From positions 62,001-126,000 of the forward strand of contig JAQGDQ010000520.1 in NCBI GenBank assembly GCA_030141605.1: a DNA stretch of 64,000 nucleotides. Direction: 5' to 3'. This stretch comes from Tubiluchus corallicola (lineage: Eukaryota > Animalia > Priapulida). Each line of letters starts with the position of its first letter. Positions within the stretch are counted from its first letter, which is position 1. Positions 53,777 to 64,000 of this stretch are shown piece by piece. The translations under genes were made by a program, and so were the position numbers. Under the pieces are notes generated by a model. The model was not told the origin of the DNA. It searched no databases and was given only the letters and a program-made list of their open reading frames with translations.

Positions 53777-54354
53777 ACATCGCCTGTCGGATAATTTTTA
53801 ATTAGTTCATCTATCTCAGTGCAGAATTGTTTGTAGTGTGTACAATGGTAAGTGCAGCTGAAAATTAGAGAAAGTTACTAAATATAGCAGCCATGAGGTA
53901 GCTGAAGGCTATCTCATTTACTGCATTTTGAGTCATTTTTTCTGTTCCTATTTCTTCTAGACAAATTTTTCATTTGTTCAAAACTAATTATAATATTTTA
54001 CAATAGTATAATAATATACATTATAATAGTATACAATCAATTCACAGCTTTTTATAATGTCTGCTGTTTGCCGGTTTGCATTATGTAAATTTCCAATACT
54101 TACAGAGATAGAAATGACTATAAGATAAGTGCACAGATCAATCTTATTGTCTGCTGACAATACACCCTATGTATTTGTAACAATTAATATATTTAAAAGA
54201 GGCTGATAATTGACCAGATCATCTAGGGCATTAAATCAGATATACACAGAAACATATAGGTGCGACCATAGTAATCACGCGGGATAAGTAGTATAATTAT
54301 GATTATGCATATAGCAGAATCTTATTGGAATTCAACTGTTTATTTCTTTATTAA

Positions 54355-55315
54355 TTGTTTCTCTGCCACGGCAGTGAATAACTCCAAAACGATGGTACCT
54401 GGAGTCAACAATCTAGGTGGGTAGACACCCGAGGTTAGGGGACAGGCAACGATATTGTGACCGGAGACCCCGGGTCAAGGACACTGAACATTGGTAATTT
54501 TCGATTATTACTCAACTCCCCCATATCTTTGACTTGGATTCATTTTTTCACAGGTATTCAAGCCTTGTGGGGTAGATGTACACCTGGGGTTTTAAAAATC
54601 TGGGATTTTTTAAGGATCAGAGATAGGAGCCGAAATGCGAAAATTAGGGCAAACGGCTTTACATGACAAGCAAATTTGTTATTTAGCTCCTCTTACAGTA
54701 TTGGACCAGTAGTCACTGTTTATCCATGTCTGGACAAATGGGCAAGAATATATGTACGTTAAGTATTTTTCGAAAAGTGGGCATGGTCAGGTCACATGAC
54801 ATAGGCAAAAGTGCTAAAATGGGGTCTGGCCAACAACTCTAAGTATAAGAGCTAGAATCACGAAACTTGCAGAGTAAACAGAAAACGGTTTAAGAATGAT
54901 GAACTCTGGGTCAAAGGTCATGGAGGCAGAACCCAAAATGTGAAAATTAGGGCGAATGACTTTGTCACTCAATACTACTTACCGTATTGGTCTAGAAATC
55001 TATGTAAATTGCACGTATGGGTAGAAAAGTGGGCGTGTCCAAGTCACGTGGCACAGGCGAAAGTGTTAAAATGGGATTGCAATAAAATGGATTTCCTAGG
55101 TAATCAAGCACGGAGAATTCAGCAAAGATTTTTCAAAGTCAGCATTTGCAATTTTGGTCATAATGCAGAATCTTAAGTTTATGACTTTGTCATGAATACG
55201 GTCTAGTTATTATCAGAAATTCTCTAGAAGATAAGTTATTATCAAGAAGTATTTATCGGTACGATCCAACAGCTGATTGACAGGTGCTGCCCCTCACGGC
55301 ACGCGGGAAAAACTA
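54355..55315. mobile_element. Non-autonomous element with a terminal hairpin and internal tandem duplication (HINE/Helentron-like)
   Basis: Hairpin TTCTCTGCC-AC-GGCAGTGAA at ~54359; CACGGCA recurs at the right end (~55295); internal duplicated blocks (GAAAATTAGGGC at ~54640 and ~54942; AAAAGTGGGC..GTCAC..AAAATGGG at 54773-54823 and 55025-55075). Confidence 0.5.
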
Positions 55316-56536
55316 TGAGCGTAATTCAGCAATCCACATGTTGTTGCGAGTTTTGGAATGTCGGTACGTGAAAAGTAGCGTGGCATGGAGGTTTGGTGCT
55401 TGAACTTGTAAAACCAGTTTCACAGTTTAATAGAAGTGTAAAAGATGAATTGTTGGTGTGTCTGGTAGCTGCGTTGGGCTTAAAGGAGGTATGAGTATTT
55501 AAATGCAATACGTAAGTTGGTGCAGTTTATGTTATCAATGAAGTTTTGTAGGTCTTTTAGTTTTACAATAAGATCATTGTAAGGCAGCATTTCTGCATAA
55601 TTTAAGTGCTCCCTACTTTATCTAATCCAACAATTACAATTCACATTTGTGTAAATTTGCAATGTGTTCGAACTTCGAAGTCGCTAGAATGTTTAAAAGC
55701 GTTTCAGTGTCATTCCTATAGCGCTGCATTACGTTATACTTTAAAGAACAGAGACCTGATAAAGTAAGTGAATTTAAACGCCTGCGTTGGAATAAATGTC
55801 CAAACCAATTAATCTTTATCACAACGTACAAATTAGCTAATTTAAACTGTGTTCAACAGTATTTGATCAGAATTTGGATAATCTGTTTTGTAAGGCTATG
55901 TAAATGATGTAAAGTGCAGGAAGCTCATAGAACCATTCAACATAATTTAGTTTCCTGGATATATTAATTTAATTCCTACACCTTGTAGCAATTCAAATAG
56001 AATTATCTTGTTAGTTTGCAAAATATTAAATTAATTGGAGCTTAAATAAAGACAATATAAGATTTGTGATTTGTGTGCATGTGCCCTTAGGTTATTATCA
56101 CAACAAATTGAATAATCTAAATATGCTTTATAAATATACCATATTTTATCGCTGCGCCCCTATCTTTCTCTCTGCGTCCTTTTGTTAGTTTGAATTAGTT
56201 ATTTACCCTGAAAGTTTGTGACTGAATCACCCTTTGAAGGTCGCTGACTATCTAACCAAAAAATTTGTGTTATATGCTATTCTTAAGTATGCCTTGTATG
56301 CTTTTTGGATTTTTTATATTTATTGGATACATAAGCATTAAGAATAAGTAAACCTCAAAACATTAAGTTTTAAAATTTAAATGCATGTTGCATATGTATA
56401 TATTTTTTTTCCTTTGGAAAAACGCAAATGAATGTTTAAGATAAATCACTAGGTTAATGAGTGCCTTTTTCATGAGTGTGACATTTAAAGTTTCTAGTAT
56501 TTTTTAAAACCTGTAGTATTATGTATGTATGTATGC

Positions 56537-56897
56537 ATATATATATATATATACACATTATAAATTATATTATATACATTATATATGTGCATGTACATTT
56601 ATGTATATTCATTTATTAAGTAATATATACAAAAATGTAATACATGCATATGAATAATAAACGAATGTATTAAATCTTTATATACACAGATATATATATA
56701 TATATATACACATTATAAATTATATTATATACATTATATATGTGCATGCGTACATTTATGTATATTCATTTTATTAAGTAATATTTTGTGGTAAGTAGGG
56801 AAATCATTTCTAAGCTTCTAAAAATGTTCTTGTTGGCAAACTACAAAAATGTAATACATGCAGTATGAATAATAGCCAACGAATGTATTAAATCTTT
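56537..56897. repeat. Local AT-rich tandem duplication with (TA)n
   Basis: 56537-56625 is repeated at 56690-56784, and 56629-56679 is repeated at 56843-56897. Confidence 0.85.
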
Positions 56898-57316
56898 TGC
56901 TTGACACTGACATGTGTGTTGTGTTTGTTGGAAAAGAAAATTCCGACCTAGTCTTACAAGATTGAACAAAAACGTCCCTGTGGTATGTCATGTTTGTGTT
57001 AGGTGTGAAAACTACTTTCAAGGTTTGAAGTGCTTTGTAAACGCATGCCAATTTCGTTTTGTATGCAGGTAGGTAGTGTGACTAAGGTACTTCTGCATTT
57101 AATTTTAAAGACAACCTGATCATATCATAAGTCATCAGGCCACATCAAACGCAAATCATAAATTGTAAGTCGTGAAAAGAAAAAGCTATGAGAAGTTCTA
57201 AGAAGACTTTTTGGACTGGTCTTCCATAAAAAGGAATTTTACATTCAACAAATAGTTACAACAACAAATTGCTAACCAGCTGCTAAAACTAATCAGTTAC
57301 AAGTGCCCCACTATCT

Positions 57317-57323
<7 letters not shown>

Positions 57324-57402
<79 letters not shown>
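57324..57402. repeat. (CT)n microsatellite / polypyrimidine tract
   Basis: Read directly from the sequence; the pyrimidine run extends to ~57437. Confidence 0.95.
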
Positions 57403-57407
<5 letters not shown>

Positions 57408-58959
57408 TCTACCTCCCTCCCTCCCTCTCCCTCTCTCGCTCGCTCGACTAGGACTAGTAAACTATTTTTAAATGTTACATATTGTTACGTAAAAACTTTC
57501 AGCTTTTCAACATTGCTTTTTTTATTTTTCACTGAATTTCGCACAAATTCAAATGGATGATGCTGTACAATGGGCATTCACCTTTCTCTTTACATCACTT
57601 ATTTGAGAAGCAAAAACAAAACATTTTAAATTGTATCATTTGAAAAAGTTCTTATTATATTATATTACACACGCCTACTAAAAATTGCTTTATTATAATT
57701 CACTATTATGTTAGGTTTAGCGCTAGTCATCCAGTTATTTATTTTTTACTGCACATGTCATCTGTTTGTACACATTTTTGGACAAAAATGAATCCATCGT
57801 TTCGGTGACGCTGAACTAAATTATTTTGATGCATTGTCCAGTCCAGTTTTGTTTCCGGCTTGTTGACCTGTGCAGCGGGCCGGCTCACACCCTCCAAATA
57901 ATGGACTTGCTTTACTGTCCCGCAACAATATCACAAGAATGTCAGAAATGTACAGTTCGTACACGAGTTGTATGAAGAATTGATTAGAGGGCCATAATAA
58001 TAACGGCACCTCTGCTACTCCAAGCATAATATCGAACTGTACTTATTATCTCTTGCTGAACTGTATCTGTACGGTACTTTCAATGTTTGTGAAATTAAAT
58101 TTTTCTGTATTGTGCCTAGAATTTTGCTTTAACTGTGCAATGCAAAGCTTAAAAGTTTGGTATTTCAAAATTATTATCAGATATCATTCATCGTTCTCAT
58201 CTCGAGGGTTGACGAACTTGTTAGGTCTTCGAAAATAATAAAGCAGGAGGGGCGTTACTCGTAGCGGTCACTTTTTCCAACATACAAATAATATTATTTA
58301 TCCCTTGTAAAATTATTTTATATTGAAGAGTAAATGCTCTTACCGCGGTAGTATCCGACTATCCATGAGCTATCACTTTTGGATTCTCGCTTATTCGTGT
58401 AAGCCTTATACGCCTCAGCACCCACCCCTACTCTATAATATAACTCCTCCCGTGAGTAATAATAATTTCACTTTCGTTATTACAGGTACAGCTACCTGAA
58501 CGCTAAAAATCAGTAGTAAAGTTTGGGGTTGTAGAATCACATTCTGTAGTCACTAAAATTTATTCGTGTGGTAAATTAAAATTATACACAGTTTTCTTGT
58601 TTACCAAATCACAATCGTTCAGAGCTCACTGCCATTCATAATCAATATTAGATTATATCTATAGGTCTATAATAGACATGGTCAATTTTTTGAGAGGAAG
58701 GACTACTTGTCCCACTAGAATGAATCACCCTACCGGAGCCCAAAAACAGTCTTGTTCCGCGTTCCAAAGTTATTCTTGGAGGAGGCCCTGACTGTGAGCA
58801 ATAGTTCATGAATCACTGAATTTTGGTTTTTTCTTTTCTTCTTCACCTTAGGCTCATCCTAAGGTCAAATGTTTAATTTGTTCAATCATCTCTGTCTGGG
58901 CGTTCATTGAATGATACGGAGCGTAATAAATTAGGTTCTTGTAAGTTTAATTTACAGAT

Positions 58960-59333
58960 AAATTTGGTCCTGGCAATTTTGGTACCAGGAAAATTTGCTA
59001 CTAGGAATTTATGGTACAGGGATTTTTACCACTGGAAAAAGTTGGTACAGGGGAAATGTCGTTCTGATAAATAGAGTACTGGCGGACGTTTGTTAAGCAT
59101 TTTTTTGTACATCTAGTAGACTGGTACAAGGTAAAAATTGAGTACGGAGCAGGATTGTACAATGGTACAATGTTTTCTTTCTACCAACCATTCCTTGTAA
59201 TAGATTTTCCTACTACTGAAAATTCCTTGTACCTAGTAAAGATCATACTACCAAATAATTTTGCCAGTACCAAACTTTCCTCGTACCAAACTTCCCAGTA
59301 ACAAACTTACTTGCACCAAACCTTCCTACATTC
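58960..59333. mobile_element. Foldback-like MITE made of short repeats in inverted arms
   Basis: The left arm repeats TTTGGTAC(C/A)GG(A/G)AA-like units and the right arm repeats their reverse complement (CC.GTACCAAA); outer ends and TSD are unclear. Confidence 0.55.
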
Positions 59334-60206
59334 AGATGATACATATGTGATCCTGCTATTTCTTCAGCGCAGTACGCGTTAACGGTATCGTGCATTACCA
59401 ATATTACACATTTCTATTCACCACTGCTCGATCTTCTGTCGAAACCTGCTTGTAGTGTATTAGGTTTGTCTGTTTTCCAAATTATTTTTATTGTAACTTA
59501 GCGAGGCGATGACGCATATCTTTCGTATGTAGGCGTGAGAAATGGAACGCATTTATCTTGAATGTTGTATTTGCTTGTGAAGTAACTTCAAGTGGTGGCT
59601 GGGTTTTTAAAACTGGCACCACTTGAAAGTTCACTGTGTTGTGTGTATGCCGTCCGCTTCTGCATTTCGAATCTCCTAACAAATGTTTCACCCTATTTAT
59701 AGTGTATCCTTTTGTACCTCGTTTTTTCTAAAGGAATTTGCCAATTTCACCGGATTTACCTGCTGCGTTACACAATTTTTAGTGAAAATGTATTAGCGGT
59801 CCTAAATTTTGGCAAAATTTTAAAAAAAGCTGTGTGCCAATGCTAACTCAGACATTCCATTGCGTTTCTGTCAACATGTCCTTATTTTTTTCAAGACCTA
59901 AAAATTACATTGAGTTTATCTGTTATAATTAAAGGTAAGGGCCTACGGATAATAGAACCTTAATTATAATTATTAATTTTTGTATTATGTTAATTTTAAT
60001 ACAAATTAATCATGTGACTATCTCGAGTCTCAAAGAATCATTACTTTAATAGGAAGGATGCTTAATAACCAAGCTTGACAAGTTGTACATTTTTTATGTT
60101 TAGATGGAGTGATTAGCCGAGTGGTCATAATGGGTGCTTTGTGACAAATACTGAGGCTAGATACAGCAAGCTATTACACAGTCGAATTTTTTCTTGCAGA
60201 AATACC

Positions 60207-60576
60207 ATGAGTCAGTCACATCTGGGAACTTACTCTCTTGCTAGCCAACAGGCGGCCCTGTTGGCGCGTACGAAGGAGGGCCATGCTGCTATGGGACTGT
60301 CTCTGGGAGGCGACGACCATGTGTGGATTCAGATACAAAAGAAGACATTTACAAACTGGGTAAATGAACAGTTACGGGAAACCGGACGGTCGATTAATGA
60401 TCTGGAAACTGGATTCTGCAATGGGCTGAACTTGATAGCCCTTGTGGAGGTTTTGCAGCAAAAGAATCTCTCAAGGGGCGTGGCCAAACGACCTTCAAAC
60501 GACCATCAAAAACTAGGAAATATCAGTGTGGCATTAAATGCTTTAACAGATGATGGTGTGAAGTTGGTTAATATCG
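60207..60576 (+). CDS. Filamin-family protein (jitterbug-like), first coding exon with the CH1 actin-binding domain
   Basis: CAG acceptor ending at 60199, ACCATG at 60207, G|GTAAGT donor after 60576. WIQIQKKTFTNWVNEQL..DLETGFCNGLNLIALVEVLQ..KLVNIG is a filamin CH1; the preceding EGHAAMG motif recalls Drosophila Jitterbug. Later exons lie beyond the window. Confidence 0.9.
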
Positions 60577-61854
60577 GTAAGTTGGAGTTAATATTAAAAT
60601 ATTCCCTTCTGGGCAAGACCACGCTTCCAACAAACTGCTACAATAATGAATAGTGTAGTATGATGTACTATTTGCCAGAAAACAATGTGTTGAAAAATGA
60701 GCAAAACAAGTTATTAATTTTGCAGCAAAAGCATTAGTTAGTAAGCCTTCAAGTAAGTGTGCATCAGAATTAAAGTATTTGCCAGATTCACAGGAGCTGT
60801 GTCAGAGATGTATTGTTTGACATACAATTTAGGCATATAATTCCTTTTCACCATGTTGGGAGAGTGCCGTATACCTACTTGGAAATAATTGTGCACAGAT
60901 TGTCTGGGAGTTTTGAGTTTGGGATATCCTTTCCCCAAAGCATTTATCATCTGGATACAAATTCAAAGTGTCGCCCGCTGTTTTGTACCAAGTTTCTTTG
61001 AAGAATTTTGCAAGGTTCCAAAGATTTACCTGCAAAGACCTCCCGTACCCTAATCATCATCGTTCATTCAAAAAATTCTTCAGGCTTCTTTGGATGGTCT
61101 TCACTGTTCCACTTTGTGCTACTAAAAATTTTTACTAGAACCAATCTGCGTGTGTAGACGTACATGTTTATATTAAAGCTCCACAAGTACTTGGGCCAAC
61201 CAGCATGTGGTAAAAATGAAACAAAAAATGGTGTTTTTCACTATAATTGTTTGCCTTTAGACTGTACTAATTTCTCATTGTTTGTCTGCTTTCTACAAAA
61301 TTCATAATGAGCTTTCTTGATGCTATCTTTTTGATAGACATACAATTTATCTAATTTATGAGAAAGGAAAAACTACAGCTATGATAAAAACAGGTAAGAG
61401 CACCCAGTGGGTTGAGCTAGTTTATTATGTCCCTGTAGGGTAAAGGGCTAGACTCCTCGGTAAATTACTGTGGCTCTTTACAAATGATTTGAGGTTATGC
61501 CAATAACCTGTAGGGCGCTACAGCGTTAAACGAAATAATTGATTTGTGTCGTATTGTAAACTGTTGTAGTAGGATTTAATTTTACAGAGCTAACAGTGGC
61601 ACGCCCAGTAAGCGCTTGAAGTCAAGGTGAGATCCATTTTCTGCATGTTTACCTGAGCTAACAGTAGTTCGTTTGAGCGTGTAACCAAACGGCGTCTTTT
61701 TACGACGTACCAAATATGTACGCATCCATAGACTGCAGCGGAGTGTGTTAGATCTAGGAAAATAAAAACTAGATCTGGATATAGTCGTTGAGAATTTTTT
61801 GATATTATAATGCACATTATCATGTGCCTATAAATGTTTTATATATTATTGTTA

Positions 61855-61855
61855 T

Positions 61856-61919
<64 letters not shown>

Positions 61920-61925
61920 ACTATT
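61855..61925. repeat. (CTA)n / (CTACGA)n compound microsatellite
   Basis: Read directly from the sequence. Confidence 0.92.
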
Positions 61926-62399
61926 ATTAGAACGAATGATTTTGAAATGGGTTATTGCCTTATTAGTACAATAAGTAGGTTGGCTGAGATAGTACTGTTC
62001 TTTTCAGATTCTATTCTTTTTGGTATTTGAGTTTGATAAAGGTGATTAAAAAACTGGGCATGTATATATATATATATATCATCCTCACAAAGATTTAGAG
62101 TTAAAATCGGACTAGTCTACCTTTACCTCGTGAAGATAGGATTTGTACATGCAATAACTCCATGCAAGATGAACAACATGTTATAACTGCTTATGAATTG
62201 ATTAGGTATATTCGCCGGAAGCATTAATTTAAATTTCACTAATACTGAAGAACTTTTCTCAATTTACTTTGTGGCAACTTTTTAGCGGACGCTTGAGATC
62301 TGTTTACGTAACTGTAAATACTTACATTAATTATTTCTTGGCGAAATAGTTGTTGTTGTTGTAAGCTCTCAGGTAATTGCTAAAGTGAATATTGCTGTG

Positions 62400-63160
62400 C
62401 TGTTTACGTTGTACGATGAGATTTTCTTGGTCAGCTTTTTGACAAATCATTCTGCTGTAATTTATGCATGTTATAAGAACTTAACCCTTTGGGACCCTGT
62501 ATGTTACAAGTGCGCTGACTTACGCAGCAGAAACTTGGTTAACGTCAGGCTTTGGAGCACTCGAGGCGCTACTGGGAGTAAAATATTCCTCACCAAACGA
62601 GTTGTGTTACATAGAAGCAGATATGCCTCTTTTAAAAAAATAATTTTGAAAAGGCGGAGATAACTGCTATAGAGAAGATGCCCAATATCAGTGAAGACGA
62701 GTCCCTATCGATTGCCTGGAATCTGATTAGTTTAACAAATTTAAACTCCTGTCGTTACAGAGCATTTATGTCTTACTCTAATTATATCCCAAATGATTTA
62801 CGCGAGGTGATTAGAAGGAAGAGTTTAACAAAAACACGTTTTCAAACTTATGTATCTCTCAATCCATTACTTAAACAGCACCAGGTATATACTACTAATA
62901 TGGCTGATTCGCTGCATATCAATTTTAGCCGGTTTGTTTTATCTGCACATCACTTGAAAGTTGAAACAGGGAGATGGGTAAGACCCCCGGTAGCGCACTA
63001 TAGAAGATCGTGTAACATTTGCGAAGATGAAGTACAAGATGAACAACACGTAGTAACAAGATGTAGAGTAACGAAAGGAATGCAAACAAAATACAATATG
63101 ACTTTTAATAGTACACACGATCTGTTTAATTTAGAGCCGGAAAGTAATTACAGATATACT
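62400..63160 (+). mobile_element. 3' part of a non-LTR retrotransposon ORF2 (RTE-X-like C-terminal Cys/His domain) in the filamin intron
   Basis: SRFVLSAHHLKVETGRW..RRSCNICEDEVQDEQHVVTRC in ORF 62678-63208; a more decayed duplicate (CAAGATGAACAACA) at ~62100-62260. The clade assignment is from motif recall. Confidence 0.7.
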
Positions 63161-64000
63161 AAATTTATTCCCATGACAATCTCGCTAGAATACTATTGTA
63201 TAGTGTAAACGTAAGGATGTATGTAGAGTGAATATTTATTGTTATTATCATTATTTGTTGTGAAGTGTTTGCTGGACTAATGTCGATGATGGTGAAAATG
63301 AAGTTTAGATTTACATGATCAATCAGCTGAGTGACTGCAAAAATGAGTATGGCAGTATGGATATATAAGTCTTGTAGCATGTCATTTTAGTGGCAAATAT
63401 ACACGACATTTAATACCTATTATTAGGATAATTAGCTCATTATTTCGAGACATATGCAATATTAACGTTGAGAATATAAAACTATATTGCACTAGGGTTT
63501 GTACGACGACATCGTTTTCCAGAAGACATGTCCTTGTTTTGCCCTTAGGAATTATTTTTGCAGCTTGTTAGTTGCAGTAATCAAGGTCGCTGACTAAATG
63601 AAACTAAACCGTAAACCTGTAGGCCAAGATCGCACTCAAGGTCCGCCAAACTCAGCTTTTATATTCAAACTATAGATGATGTATGACTTTGGCACGGCCC
63701 TCCAAAAGATGACGAACACGTACATATACAAAAGCGTTAAATTATACATTCATTTATGTTATGCCACTAAAACAACCACATGCTGTAGTTTCCTATAATG
63801 TAGATGTTTAGTTGTTTCTATACATTTGTTTGGCAGGCTTTTGTTCAAAGAATAATCAAATACAGAAAGTTCTCGAGAGGCAGGCTTTAAATAACAGAAA
63901 ACTGTAATACACATTTATTACATTCTAATGCATTCTGCATGGAGAGGAAATACTTTTTCCTCCTTTATTGATCTTTTTTGATTAAACACGGATGCAGCAA

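Noticed and set aside
55330-55495. Possible coding exon ending at GAG|GTATGA
   Set aside because: ATG-initiated frames stop quickly and no homology is recognisable; it could at most be UTR.
57303-57560. SL-repeat ORF (likewise poly-I 31490-31678 and poly-T 61824-62030)
   Set aside because: These are translations of microsatellites.

Overview
AT-rich, intron-rich animal genomic DNA, probably from an invertebrate; it is not prokaryotic. I assembled three protein-coding genes by hand from splice signals and reading-frame phase. (1) DNA ligase IV (LIG4) is on the - strand: 18 coding exons from ATG 12551 down to 70 (~816 codons), running off the left edge inside the BRCT region. (2) A full-length soluble adenylyl cyclase (ADCY10/sAC) is on the + strand: 35 coding exons, 19372-53453, 1863 aa in my model, head-to-head with LIG4. 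(3) The first coding exon of a jitterbug-type filamin is at 60207-60576 (+), and the gene continues beyond the window. Two decayed CR1-type LINEs sit between the divergent LIG4 and sAC starts and bracket a small CpG/E2F-motif island. Introns carry many MITEs (Tc1/pogo, piggyBac, hAT, foldback), tRNA-derived SINE-like copies, HINE-like repeats, LINE fragments and mini/microsatellites. I found no wholly new system. The best leads are in the sAC gene: an intact catalytic core, a Walker A Lys->Ser substitution, Ser at the bicarbonate-sensor Arg176-equivalent position (whose codon is part of an in-frame cryptic donor), and a frame-shifting exon whose skipping would give a mammalian-like truncated sACt. 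Three introns across the two genes appear to use GC donors.
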